Shown: positions 48,500 through 60,500 of the stretch, piece after piece
Numbering within the stretch: the stretch's first letter is position 1
Layout: each line of letters opens with the position of its first letter
From: an uncultured Acidobacteriota bacterium
GTDB lineage: Bacteria; Acidobacteriota; Vicinamibacteria; Vicinamibacterales; JAKQTR01
Direction of reading: 5' to 3'
Assembly (NCBI GenBank): GCA_963817885.1
Contig: CAWFQE010000013.1
Coordinates: forward strand, 240,178-304,177
DNA: 64,000 nucleotides
Made by a program: the position numbers and the translations under genes
The notes under the pieces: model-generated
The model's database searches: none
The model's input: only the letters and a program-made list of their open reading frames with translations
What the model was told of the DNA's origin: nothing

Positions 48500-51394
48500 C
48501 TAGAATGTCGAGCCCACCGCAAACCTGAACGTGAAGGCCTTCTGAGGCGCCAGTTGATTGTCGAAGATACCCTTCCGTTGCGGATTCCACGCGAAGATCA
48601 GCCGGAACGGCACGTTGAGCACGGGCATGAAGAACCGGATCTCGCTTCCCGTGGAGGTCTTGAAGTCCGACCACTTCATCTTCTGCTTGTCGCCCTGGAC
48701 CTGGCCGGTATCGTAGAAGAGCACCAGCCGGACCGGCCCGGCAATCGAGATCAGGTACTCCACGTTGAACAGCAGGCTCGTGTTGCCGCCGAGCACCAGG
48801 CCCGAGGTCGCATCGCGCGGGCCGATGCTTCGCAGATCGAATCCCCTGATGCTGTATTCGCCCCCCAGGAAGAGGCGCTCGAAGATGGGCAGCGACTTGG
48901 TGTGCCCCGTCGGCTGGACCTGGATGTACTGCGCGCGCAGGCCGAGCGAGGTGCGCTTGGTGTGCTGGAAGTACCAGACGCCCTCGAGGGTCGGCTTGAT
49001 GAAGCTGGTGTCGCCGCCAAGGCCCGCCAGGTCGAGCGAGAGCGTGTATCGCTTGCCGGTGTTGGGGAAGATGGGGTTGTCGACCGTGTTGTAGACCAGG
49101 CTGGGCGTCACCTTGCTCACCGTCCGCCGGCCGCCCTGGTTGAGCAGCAGCGAGTCGGCCAGATAGGGATTCGACGCCGTCAGCTCGGCCTGCGTCAGCT
49201 GGCCGTAGGTCACCGGCTGATAGTCGGTCAACGTGTAGCCGGGCGTGGTTCCCGTCGTGTCCACGGTGAACATCGGCAGCGACTTCAGGAAGTAATCATG
49301 GTTCAGGTCCTTGATCTGCACGCGCTCGAGGCTGTAGTTCATGAACAGGCGCGTGTAGTCCTGAACCTGGAACCCGCCGACCAGATTCATCCCCGTCGAG
49401 GCTTCGGTGTAGACGCCGACGTACTTGAGCTCCCGTTTGAACACGTCGAACCCGGCGGTGATCGGCCGGTCGAAGAGGAACGGCTCGGTGAACGCCAGCT
49501 GGTACATCTTCGCGCGCGAGCCCTGCTGGAGCGAGAGCGTCAGGGTTTCGCCGCGTCCCATGAAGTTCGCGGTCTGGAACGACATCTGGCCGAACACGCC
49601 TTCGTACTGGGACACGCCGGCACCGAAGTTGATCTGGTTCCGGTTCTGTTCCTCGAGCTTGAGCTTGACGTCGACCTTGTTGTCGGCGCCGGGCGTCTTG
49701 TCGACGCTCAGGTCCTTGCCGCCCTCGAGCTGCTTGAAGTATCCCAGCTGGTTGAGGCGCTTGATGCTCATCTTCAGCGCCTCGGTGTTGAACACGCCAC
49801 CCTCGTAGAGCCTCACTTCGCGCCGGATGACCGGGTCGCGCGTGGTCGTGTTCCCGGTGAAGGTGATCCGGTTCACGAAGTACTGCTTGCCTTCCTGCAT
49901 CCGCATCGTGACGTCGACAATCGGCTGCGCAGGTTTCCGAGCGGCTGATGCGGGCGCCGCCGCGGCACTCTTGCCGGTCCCGGGCTTCTGACTGGCCGCA
50001 GCGGGCTTCTTGCCGTCGGCCCCCTCGCTCGGTGGGGTCGCGGGCCTGGCGGCGGGCTCGGCAGCGGGCGGTGTCGCAGCCGGCGCCGCAGCCGGTGGCG
50101 CGGCCGGTGGCGCGGCAGAGGCGGCGGGAGCAGCAGCCGGTGTGGCCGCCGGCGCCGCAGCGGAGGCATTGGGCGCGGCGGAAGCCGCGGCCGACTGGTC
50201 GGCCGCCTCAGGTGGCACCAGGTCGAGTGGCTTGAGATCGGGATAGCCCGTGAACTCCCAGTAGCCGACCGACCCGTAGATCTCGCGTGCCTTGTCGAGC
50301 GCCTTCCTGATCTTCTTCTCGTTGTAGAACTCGCCGGCCTTGACCTTGAAGATGTCGCGCAGCGCCTCCGGCTTGAGCACCGTCACGCCATCGAAATCGA
50401 ACTTCCCGACACGGTAGCGATTGCCCTCCTGGACCGGGATCCGCAGCTGGACGTAGCGGGTCTTGCCGTCCTTCGAGTCCTGGAGGTATTTCAGCTCCGG
50501 CTGGCCGACCCGCGCGGCCACATAGCCCAGGCCGCGGTAGTACTCCGTCACCAGGTCCGCGTCCTCCTCGAACTTTGACGCCTGGTAGGTGCCGTGGCCC
50601 GTGACGAACGACAGGAATCCCAACTGCTTGTTGCTCTTCATCTGGCGCCGAAGCGCGCCGGATGAGACGGCCTTGTTGCCCGTGAACACGATGCTGCGAA
50701 TCCGGACTTTGGGCCCCTCGTCCATCTGGAAGGTGAGGTGCACCAGCTTCGGCCCCCCCGGCATCTCGGCGATGGAGTGCGTCACCTTGGCGTACTCGAA
50801 GCCCTTCTCGGAGAACATCTGGCGGATGATGCCCTCCACCCGCCGGATGAGGCCCGGATCGATGAAGGAGTCGAGGCGGATCTGCACGCCCTCGTCACGC
50901 AGCTTCTCTTCGATCTTCGACTGCTCCAGCTTCTTGCTTCCCGTGTAGTCGACGATCTTGACGCGCTGCCGCTCTTCCATGTTGAAGATGACGTGCTTGG
51001 CCTGCACGCCATTCGGATAGGGCGCGTCCTTCACCTCGACCCAGAGGTTGTCGAGGAAGTTGGTGGCCCACAACCGCCGGAAATCATCGAGGATCGACTG
51101 TTCGTTGTAGGGAACCCAGACGCCGTCAGACGACCGGCTGGGCTGGGTCTGGATGTAGTACTGGTAGGTCGACGCGTCGATGACCGAGGTGTTGCCCTGG
51201 GTCGGAAACCGGAGTTCGATGTATCGGAGCAGCACCGGCGAATCCAGCGGAGGCAGCCGGGTCGCCTGAGGCGCCGGCGCCTGCCCGGCGGGAGTTGCCG
51301 CCTGTCCGGTGGGCGCCGCCGTCTGGGCCCACGCAGAACCGGCGCATCCCGCCAGCACTGCCACGAAGACAAGTGAACGTCCGAACCTGTTCAT
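48500..51394 (-). CDS. bamA: Outer-membrane protein assembly factor BamA
   Basis: Signal peptide, POTRA repeats (I.FTGN, TRDPVIRRE, RLNQLGYF), NFMGRGE, IRGF loop, C-terminal F. Confidence 0.96.
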   Translation of the reverse strand: MNRFGRSLVFVAVLAGCAGSAWAQTAAPTGQAATPAGQAPAPQATRLPPLDSPVLLRYIELRFPTQGNTSVIDASTYQYYIQTQPSRSSDGVWVPYNEQSILDDFRRLWATNFLDNLWVEVKDAPYPNGVQAKHVIFNMEERQRVKIVDYTGSKKLEQSKIEEKLRDEGVQIRLDSFIDPGLIRRVEGIIRQMFSEKGFEYAKVTHSIAEMPGGPKLVHLTFQMDEGPKVRIRSIVFTGNKAVSSGALRRQMKSNKQLGFLSFVTGHGTYQASKFEEDADLVTEYYRGLGYVAARVGQPELKYLQDSKDGKTRYVQLRIPVQEGNRYRVGKFDFDGVTVLKPEALRDIFKVKAGEFYNEKKIRKALDKAREIYGSVGYWEFTGYPDLKPLDLVPPEAADQSAAASAAPNASAAAPAATPAAAPAASAAPPAAPPAAAPAATPPAAEPAARPATPPSEGADGKKPAAASQKPGTGKSAAAAPASAARKPAQPIVDVTMRMQEGKQYFVNRITFTGNTTTRDPVIRREVRLYEGGVFNTEALKMSIKRLNQLGYFKQLEGGKDLSVDKTPGADNKVDVKLKLEEQNRNQINFGAGVSQYEGVFGQMSFQTANFMGRGETLTLSLQQGSRAKMYQLAFTEPFLFDRPITAGFDVFKRELKYVGVYTEASTGMNLVGGFQVQDYTRLFMNYSLERVQIKDLNHDYFLKSLPMFTVDTTGTTPGYTLTDYQPVTYGQLTQAELTASNPYLADSLLLNQGGRRTVSKVTPSLVYNTVDNPIFPNTGKRYTLSLDLAGLGGDTSFIKPTLEGVWYFQHTKRTSLGLRAQYIQVQPTGHTKSLPIFERLFLGGEYSIRGFDLRSIGPRDATSGLVLGGNTSLLFNVEYLISIAGPVRLVLFYDTGQVQGDKQKMKWSDFKTSTGSEIRFFMPVLNVPFRLIFAWNPQRKGIFDNQLAPQKAFTFRFAVGSTF

Positions 51395-51522
51395 CGCAAA
51401 GGATCCCTGTCGCCTGTAAAGGCGCCACGCCTGATTGACGGCCCCAAACACGGACCGGCACGCGACGCCCCCTGTTGCCCCGGCGCCGCGCAGCAGACCC
51501 GATCAGGTTAGTTTACTAGGTT

Positions 51523-53964
<2,442 letters not shown>

Positions 53965-54013
53965 CCGACTACTCTCGGAAGTGCTGAGGTTGTGAGTGAC
54001 GGCTCTAGTCTTG

Positions 54014-54019
54014 ATTATA
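54014..54019 (-). promoter_or_regulatory. -10 element TATAAT for clpC
   Basis: Consensus hexamer about 50 nt upstream of the clpC ATG. Confidence 0.65.
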
Positions 54020-54025
54020 CGGCAA

Positions 54026-54162
54026 AGACCGGTGCGGAGAAACGCGACTGGAACTGGTCCGGCTTCCAGACCAGCGAGGAGAAGCGCGACTGGCACTGGT
54101 CCGGGTTCCAGACCAGTGGAGAGAAACGCGCATGGCACGGGTCCGGCTTCGAGAGCCGGGCC
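54026..54162. repeat. Imperfect tandem repeat, ~3.2 x 42 bp
   Basis: Units start at 54037, 54079 and 54121: GAGAA(A/G)CGCG...TGG(A/C)AC(T/G)GGTCCGG(C/G)TTC(C/G)AGA... Confidence 0.9.
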
Positions 54163-54211
54163 CGGGTCGATGAGAGATCTCCGGCCGCCAGCCGCCAGCC
54201 GCGAGCCGGTC

Positions 54212-54895
54212 TCAGGCCGGTTCGAGACGGCCGTCCACCAGGCGCAGCACCCGATCGCAGGTGCCGGCCAGCCGCATGTTGTGGGTCGCAATCACCGAGG
54301 TGAGCCCGTGTTCCCGGTGCATCTCGCGCAACAGGTCGTGCAGCTGATCTGCCGTCTGCTCGTCGAGATCGCCGGTCGGCTCGTCAGCCAGCAGCAGCGA
54401 CGGGTGGGTCACCAGCGCGCGCGCCAGCGCCACGCGTTGCTGCTCGCCCCCCGAAAGCGTGCCCGGCCGGTGGGCCAGGCGGTCGCTCAGGCCGACCCGC
54501 GCCAGCAGGGCGCGGGCACGTTCTCGCGCCTCGGCAATCGGCCGGCGGGCAATCCGAAGCGGCATCTCGGCGTTTTCGAGCGCGCTGAACTCCGGCAGCA
54601 GGTGATGGAACTGAAAGACGAACCCGATGTGCCGGTTGCGGAACGCGACCAGCTCCGAGTCGCGCATCGTCTCGAGCACGCTGTCGCCCAGCTTCACCGA
54701 TCCGCGATCCAGCCGATCCAGGCCGCCGAGCACGTGGAGCAGCGTGCTCTTGCCCACGCCCGACGCCCCGACGATCGCCACCATCTCCCCCGACGCGACC
54801 GACAGATCGAGGCGGCGCAGCACGTCGAGGCGGGCCGGGCCGGCCGCGTAGCTCTTGTGAAGATCCGTGACGGTGAGGAACGGCGGCCTATCCAT
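54212..54895 (-). CDS. lolD: Lipoprotein-releasing ABC ATPase
   Basis: [47 protein letters not shown]. Confidence 0.93.
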   Translation of the reverse strand: MDRPPFLTVTDLHKSYAAGPARLDVLRRLDLSVASGEMVAIVGASGVGKSTLLHVLGGLDRLDRGSVKLGDSVLETMRDSELVAFRNRHIGFVFQFHHLLPEFSALENAEMPLRIARRPIAEARERARALLARVGLSDRLAHRPGTLSGGEQQRVALARALVTHPSLLLADEPTGDLDEQTADQLHDLLREMHREHGLTSVIATHNMRLAGTCDRVLRLVDGRLEPA

Positions 54896-56114
54896 ATCGG
54901 AGGGCCTCGGCCGGATCGAGCTTGGCGGCCTGACGCGACGGGTAGAGCGTCGCCACGAAACAGACGATCACGGCACAGGCGATCACGACGGCGAAGTCGA
55001 GCGGCAGAATCACGAACGGGACGTAGGCAATCTGATACACGTCCATCGGGACCCGAATCAGCCTGTAGTAATCGAGCGCGAAACTGAGCCCGTACCCGGC
55101 GACGGCGCCGATCGAGGTGCCCACCAGGCCGATGATCAGGCCCTGCAGCATGAAGATGATCATGATGGCGCGCGAGGAGGCGCCCATGGTCTTCAGGATC
55201 GCGATGTCCCGGCTCTTCTCCATCACCAGCAGCACGAGCGACGCCACGATGTTGAGCGCCGCCACCATGACGATGAGGCCGATGGTGATGGAGATCGCCA
55301 TCTTCTCGAGCCAGAGGGCCGAGAAGAGCGCGCGATTCATCTCGGCCCACGTCTGCGTGATGTACTGCGATCCCAGGCGCGCCACGATCGATTCGGCGAT
55401 CGCCGGCGCCTGGTAGATGTCGTCCACGCGCAGCTCGATCATCTCCACCTGCTGCCGATCGAGGAGACGCCGCGCACTGGTCAGCGAGACGAAGCCATAG
55501 GTGCTGTCGAACTCGTAGAGCCCGAGGCTGAACTGCCCCACCACCCGGAACCGGCGCTGCCGGGGCATCACGCCCATCGGGGTCAGGGTGCCCTGTGGCG
55601 TCAGCAGCGTGACCTCCTCGCCGTCCTTCACGTCGAGCGATTTCGCCAGGTCGACGCCGATCACGATCCCCGGCAGGCGATCCTCGCCCGTGTCGGTCGC
55701 GATCGCGTCGAAGCGGCCGCTCTTCATGGCGCCGGTGATGTCCGTCACGCTGCGTTCGAGCGCCGGATCGACGCCCTTGAGCGTGATGAAGGCGTCGCCC
55801 CTCGCGCTCGAGATCATCGCCTTGCCCAGCACGGCGGGCGCGGCCCCGACGACGTGCGGCACCGCGCGCAGCTTCGCCGATTCGGACTGGTAGTCCTGGA
55901 TGCCGCCGGCCCGCCACACGAAGACGTGGGCGGTCGCTCCCAGGATGCGGTTGCGCAGCTCCTGCTGGAGGCCCGTCATCAGGGCCAGCGCGACCACCAG
56001 CGCCATCACGCCGACGGTGACGCCGAGGGTCGAGATGAAGGAGATCACCGAGATGAACGCCTGCTTCCGGCGCGCGATGAGGTAGCGGAGCGCGACGTGC
56101 AGTTCGAATGGCAC
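54888..56114 (-). CDS. Lipoprotein-releasing permease LolC/E
   Basis: [53 protein letters not shown]. Confidence 0.93.
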   Translation of the reverse strand: MPFELHVALRYLIARRKQAFISVISFISTLGVTVGVMALVVALALMTGLQQELRNRILGATAHVFVWRAGGIQDYQSESAKLRAVPHVVGAAPAVLGKAMISSARGDAFITLKGVDPALERSVTDITGAMKSGRFDAIATDTGEDRLPGIVIGVDLAKSLDVKDGEEVTLLTPQGTLTPMGVMPRQRRFRVVGQFSLGLYEFDSTYGFVSLTSARRLLDRQQVEMIELRVDDIYQAPAIAESIVARLGSQYITQTWAEMNRALFSALWLEKMAISITIGLIVMVAALNIVASLVLLVMEKSRDIAILKTMGASSRAIMIIFMLQGLIIGLVGTSIGAVAGYGLSFALDYYRLIRVPMDVYQIAYVPFVILPLDFAVVIACAVIVCFVATLYPSRQAAKLDPAEALRYG

Positions 56115-56118
56115 CTGG

Positions 56119-57621
56119 CTACTCCGTGATCGGCTTCATCAGCGGAAACAGGATGACATCGCGAATCGACGGGCTGCCCGTGAGCACCATCACGAGGCGG
56201 TCGATGCCGATGCCCTCCCCTCCGGTGGGCGGCAGGCCGAACTCGAGCGCGGTGATGTAGTCGTCGTCCATCCGGTGCGCCTCGTCGTCGCCCAGCTGCC
56301 GGCTGGCGAGCTGCTGCTCGAAGCGGCGGCGCTGCTCGGCCGGATCGTTCAGCTCGCTGAAGGCGTTGGCGACCTCGAAGCCGCCGATGTAGAGCTCGAA
56401 GCGCTCGACCGTGTCCGGATCGTCGGGCCGCTGCTTCGAGAGAGGCGAGACCTCGGTTGGAAAGTCGTAGACGAAGGTCGGCTGGATGAGCGACTCCTCG
56501 CAGAGCGTCTCGAAGATCAGCGCCGTGATCTGGCCGGCGCCCGCGCCGGGCGGTATCCCGATCCCGAGGCTCGCCGCCAGGGCGGCCGCCCGGGCGGGAT
56601 CACGAAGGTCCGCAGCCGGCACCTCGACGCCGAGCCGTGTCGACGCCGCTTCGCGCGCCGCGTCCCGCAGCGAAAGCCGGGCCCAGGGCGCGGCCAGGCT
56701 GATCGTGTGTCCGCCGAAGGTGCAGGTGTCGGAGCCAATCGCCTCGGCTGCCACCGCCCCGATGAGCTGCTCGGTCATGTCCATCAGGTCGAGGTAGTCG
56801 CTGTAGGCCTGATAGAACTCCATCATGGTGAACTCGGGATTGTGCTGCGTCGAGATGCCCTCGTTCCGGAAGTTCCGGTTGATCTCGTAGACGCGCTCGA
56901 TCCCGCCCACCGTGAGGCGCTTGAGGTAGAGTTCCGGCGCAATCCGCAGGTAGAGATCGAGGTCGAGCGCGTTGTGATGGGTCACAAACGGCCGGGCGAT
57001 CGCCCCGCCGGCGATGGACTGCATCATCGGCGTCTCGACCTCGAGGTAGCCGCGGGCATCCATGAACCGGCGGATCGCCGCGAGCACCCGGCATCGGACC
57101 TCGAACACGCGCCTCGAGTCGGGATTGACGATGAGATCGAGGTACCGCTGGCGGTACCGCGTCTCGATGTCCTGCAGGCCGTGCCACTTCTCGGGCAGCG
57201 GCCGGAGACACTTCGAGAGGAAGACCACGCGCGACGCCCAGATCGTCAGCTCGTTGGTCTTGGTGCGGAACACCCGGCCCGACACCCCGACGAAGTCGCC
57301 GACATCGAGCAGCTTGAAGATCTTGAAGTCCAGTTCGGGCAGCGCGTCCTGGCGGATATAGGCCTGGATGCGCGCCCGGCCGTCGGTCAGGACGAGAAAA
57401 TTGGCCTTGCCGAAACTGCGCAGCGCCAGGATGCGCCCGCTGGCGGTGGTCTCGGGCCGTGAGGCCTCCAGCTCGTCGTGGGTCCGGCTTCCGTGCGCGT
57501 TCACCAGCGCTTCGATGGTGTCGGTGCGCGTGAACGACCGGGGATAGATCTCGACGCCCAGGCGCGCGAGATCGGCCATGTTCGAGAGGCGCTGCTGGTA
57601 CTGTTCGTTGTCGTCGCTCAT
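56119..57621 (-). CDS. lysS: Lysine--tRNA ligase (class II)
   Basis: LPEKWHGL.D.E.RYRQRYLDL, RIAPELYLK, FRNEG, ERFEL, GIGIDRL. Confidence 0.98.
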   Translation of the reverse strand: MSDDNEQYQQRLSNMADLARLGVEIYPRSFTRTDTIEALVNAHGSRTHDELEASRPETTASGRILALRSFGKANFLVLTDGRARIQAYIRQDALPELDFKIFKLLDVGDFVGVSGRVFRTKTNELTIWASRVVFLSKCLRPLPEKWHGLQDIETRYRQRYLDLIVNPDSRRVFEVRCRVLAAIRRFMDARGYLEVETPMMQSIAGGAIARPFVTHHNALDLDLYLRIAPELYLKRLTVGGIERVYEINRNFRNEGISTQHNPEFTMMEFYQAYSDYLDLMDMTEQLIGAVAAEAIGSDTCTFGGHTISLAAPWARLSLRDAAREAASTRLGVEVPAADLRDPARAAALAASLGIGIPPGAGAGQITALIFETLCEESLIQPTFVYDFPTEVSPLSKQRPDDPDTVERFELYIGGFEVANAFSELNDPAEQRRRFEQQLASRQLGDDEAHRMDDDYITALEFGLPPTGGEGIGIDRLVMVLTGSPSIRDVILFPLMKPITE

Positions 57622-58097
57622 GCCGTCGAATCCGTGAGCCCGTGTTGAATGGCGTCGAGCACGCCGTTGATGAATCGAATCGCGTCCGCCTCGCTGAAGG
57701 TCCTCGCCAGCTCCAGCGCCTCGTCCATCACGACCTTCGGCGGGTTGTCCCGATCGTGCGCCAGTTCGAACACCGCCAGGCGGAGAATCAGCCGATCCAT
57801 GACCGCCATGCGGGACAGACGCCAGTTCGCCGCGTGGGACTCGATGAGCGGGTCGATCTCCGCCACGTGATCGACGGTCCCCTGCACGAGGTGCTCGGCA
57901 AACGTGCGGGCCGAGAGCGGGAGCGGCGCCTCGGCCGGGTCGGCCATCGACCAGTAGGCGGCCGCGATCTCGCGGGGCGGCGTCTGCGTCAGTTCCCAGC
58001 CGTAGAGCATCTGAAGGGCGGCCTCGCGCGCGCGACGACGCTGCCCGCGCCGCCGCGTGGCGGTCCCGTCCGATCCCGGCTTCCGTGCTGAGGTCAC
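57618..58097 (-). CDS. nusB: Transcription antitermination factor NusB
   Basis: RRRAREAALQMLY, NWRLSRM..MDR.ILR, EALELA..F, FINGVLD. Confidence 0.95.
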   Translation of the reverse strand: MTSARKPGSDGTATRRRGQRRRAREAALQMLYGWELTQTPPREIAAAYWSMADPAEAPLPLSARTFAEHLVQGTVDHVAEIDPLIESHAANWRLSRMAVMDRLILRLAVFELAHDRDNPPKVVMDEALELARTFSEADAIRFINGVLDAIQHGLTDSTA

Positions 58098-58597
58098 TCC
58101 CGGGCTCCCGCCTGTCCCGACGGGTCGGGCCCGGACCGCAATCGTCGTGCGAGCGTGGCCATCTGCACCGCCGCCATCGCCGCCTCCCACCCCTTGTTGG
58201 ACGGTCCCGCCCCCGCGCGCTCGAGCGCCTCCTCGGCGGCGTTGGTCGTCAGCACGCCGAAGGTCATCGGAACGCCCGTGGCCGCCGACGCGTTCATGAT
58301 GCCATGCGACACGGCCAGCGAGATGTACTCGAAGTGAGGCGTCTCGCCGCGGATGAGGCAGCCGAGGCAGATGACTGCGTCGAACCGGCCCGTGGCGGCG
58401 GCCGCCTGCGCGGCCTGCGGGATTTCGTAGGCCCCTGGCACTTTGATCACCTCGACGGCCCCGGCAGGCGCTCCCGCCGCGGCCAGCGCCTCGAGCGCGC
58501 CGGCCTGGAGCCGGTCGGTGACGAAATCGTTGAAGCGCGACACCACCAGCGCCAGGCGCAGGCCTCGCGCGTCGTCGGATCCTTCGAGCAGCATCAT
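58094..58597 (-). CDS. ribH: 6,7-dimethyl-8-ribityllumazine synthase
   Basis: SRFN, VPGAYEIP, IRGETPHFEY, FGVLT, NKG.EAA. Confidence 0.96.
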   Translation of the reverse strand: MMLLEGSDDARGLRLALVVSRFNDFVTDRLQAGALEALAAAGAPAGAVEVIKVPGAYEIPQAAQAAAATGRFDAVICLGCLIRGETPHFEYISLAVSHGIMNASAATGVPMTFGVLTTNAAEEALERAGAGPSNKGWEAAMAAVQMATLARRLRSGPDPSGQAGARE

Positions 58598-58626
58598 GGG
58601 AGACCGTGTCCGGCTTGCAGGTCGCT

Positions 58627-59409
58627 CTACCGACCCTTGAATTCGGGCTTGCGTTTCTCGAGGAAGGCTGCCGTGCCTTCGCGCATGTCCGCGGTGGACG
58701 CCACGAGGCCGAACAACGACGCCTCGAGCCGGCACCCTTCCGCCTGTGTCATCTCCAACCCGTGCCCGACCGCCTCCATCGCGCAGCGCAGGGCGATGGG
58801 CGGGCCCGCCGACAGCGCCTGCGCCAGCGCACGCGCCTCACCCGCGAGCGCCGGGAGCGGCACGACGCGGCTGACGAGGCCGATTCGATACGCTTCCTGC
58901 GCGTCGATGGTCGCCCCGGTCAGGACCAGCTCCATCGCGCGCCCTCGCCCAACCAGTCTCGCCAGGCGCTGCGTGCCGGCAAAGCCGGGAATCAGGCCCA
59001 GCTTGACCTCCGGCTGACCGAATTTCGCCGAGTCCGCGGCCAGGCGGATCGTGCACGCCATGGCGAGCTCGCACCCGCCGCCCAGCGCAAACCCGTTCAC
59101 CGCCGCGATGACGGGCTTGCCCAGATGCTCGATGCGGTCGAGCAGCCGCTGGCCCTTCAGCGCGTAGTCGGTCGCGGCAACCGGCGTCAGCGTCGCCAGC
59201 TCGTTGATGTCAGCCCCGGCGACGAAGGCCTTCTCACCGGCGCCCGTGAGGATGATCGCGCGAACGACCGGATCGTCCGCCAGGCGCTGGAAGGCCGCGC
59301 CCAGCTCGTCGAGCGTGGCGTGATTCAACGCGTTCAGCACACGCGGCCGGTTGACGGTCACGACCGCCACGCGGTCGTCGCGCTCCACGATCAGTGGTTC
59401 ATCACTCAT
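58627..59409 (-). CDS. Enoyl-CoA hydratase / crotonase family
   Basis: NRP..LNAL, AFVAGADI, ALGGGCELA, GQPEVKLGLIPG. Confidence 0.93.
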   Translation of the reverse strand: MSDEPLIVERDDRVAVVTVNRPRVLNALNHATLDELGAAFQRLADDPVVRAIILTGAGEKAFVAGADINELATLTPVAATDYALKGQRLLDRIEHLGKPVIAAVNGFALGGGCELAMACTIRLAADSAKFGQPEVKLGLIPGFAGTQRLARLVGRGRAMELVLTGATIDAQEAYRIGLVSRVVPLPALAGEARALAQALSAGPPIALRCAMEAVGHGLEMTQAEGCRLEASLFGLVASTADMREGTAAFLEKRKPEFKGR

Positions 59410-59842
59410 GGCGTTGTCGGCTCCCGCGCGAGAGTATACCCCACGCCCACACCGCGCCCGAGACGAGGAATCCGCCGGTCGCATCGGCGGCCATGTCCTT
59501 CAGATCGTAGTCCCGGCCTGGCACGAATCGCTGGTGGAATTCATCCGAATAGCCGTACGCCGCGCAGATCACGGTCACCACGAGGACCGTCCTGGCGCTG
59601 ATGCCCCGCAGCCGGCCCTTCGAGAGCGCCCAGACGAGCAGCAGCCCGAGAATCCCGAAGGCCACCGCATGCTCCAGCTTGTCGGACGGATTGCCCGGCA
59701 GGGTGGGCAATTTCGAGGTCGACGAGAGGGCGAAGAGGAAGGCCATGTAGGCCACGGCCACCGCCCAGCGGTGCCACGTGCGCAGCACCGGCCCGGTCGG
59801 AGCGCCGGCGGCCGGCGCCTGAGTCTGTGCCGTATCTGTCAC
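59402..59842 (-). CDS. VanZ-family membrane protein
   Basis: YM..LF.LSS, DKLEH...FG.L, SDEFHQRFVPGR.....D...D. Confidence 0.85.
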   Translation of the reverse strand: MTDTAQTQAPAAGAPTGPVLRTWHRWAVAVAYMAFLFALSSTSKLPTLPGNPSDKLEHAVAFGILGLLLVWALSKGRLRGISARTVLVVTVICAAYGYSDEFHQRFVPGRDYDLKDMAADATGGFLVSGAVWAWGILSRGSRQRHE

Positions 59843-59852
59843 AAGGGTCCCA

Positions 59853-60032
59853 TCAGAGCGGAAACAGGTAAAGAAGCCACCCGGCCGCGATGGCCGCGCC
59901 AATCAGGCCACCGGCGATCTTCCCGGCCGTGCGCACCTGATCACGGACGTCGTCCTTGAGCAGCGCGCCGGCGACGACGCCCACGCAGATCGCGAAGACT
60001 GCCATGAACAGAATGTGACTGTGCAGCGCCAT
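59853..60032 (-). CDS. 59-aa two-TM small membrane protein (absent from the ORF track)
   Basis: GGAG RBS; MALHSHILFMAVFAICVGVVAGALLKDDVRDQVRTAGKIAGGLIGAAIAAGWLLYLFPL*; fills the gap between neighbours. Confidence 0.75.
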   Translation of the reverse strand: MALHSHILFMAVFAICVGVVAGALLKDDVRDQVRTAGKIAGGLIGAAIAAGWLLYLFPL

Positions 60033-60061
60033 GGTTCTCCAGCGTCGAACGGGATCGGGAC

Positions 60062-60496
60062 CTACTTGCGACCGAGCGCGATGTCGTACGCGTCGATCAC
60101 CACCAGGGAGTTCAGCAGCCCGGCGACGATGATGAAGGCGTTCCCGTACTCATAGGTGACCGCCACCACCTGGCCGGCACCGAGGCCAAAGCCCTTTGCC
60201 GCGAAGTACATCAGTCCCGTGCCGAGATCGGCCAGCGCCGCCAGCGCCACCAGCGGTTCCGTGAGATCGAGCGGGAGCAGGCTGAACACGCGCCCCTTCA
60301 TCCCGATGCCGATCGCGAACATCACCGTCAGCGTCACGAGGAACACCAGTCCCTTCTGCCTCCGGCCCTGCCACAGGTGGCCCGCTCCCGGCACGAGCCA
60401 CGAGAGCAGGCACACGAGCGTGATCGCTCCGGCCGGAGTGGTCGGAGCAGCCGGCGCAGACGGCCTGACGGTACCCTTCGGCTTACGTGATGCCAT
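60062..60496 (-). CDS. Membrane protein (DUF6677-like)
   Basis: LSWLVPGAGHLW.GR..KG, EYG..F..VAGLLN.LV..DAYD; TAAACT 6 nt before ATG. Confidence 0.75.
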   Translation of the reverse strand: MASRKPKGTVRPSAPAAPTTPAGAITLVCLLSWLVPGAGHLWQGRRQKGLVFLVTLTVMFAIGIGMKGRVFSLLPLDLTEPLVALAALADLGTGLMYFAAKGFGLGAGQVVAVTYEYGNAFIIVAGLLNSLVVIDAYDIALGRK

Positions 60497-60500
60497 TCTT

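Noticed and set aside
54026-54162. CRISPR array
   Set aside because: The units are contiguous and similar along their whole length, with no unique spacers and no cas genes.
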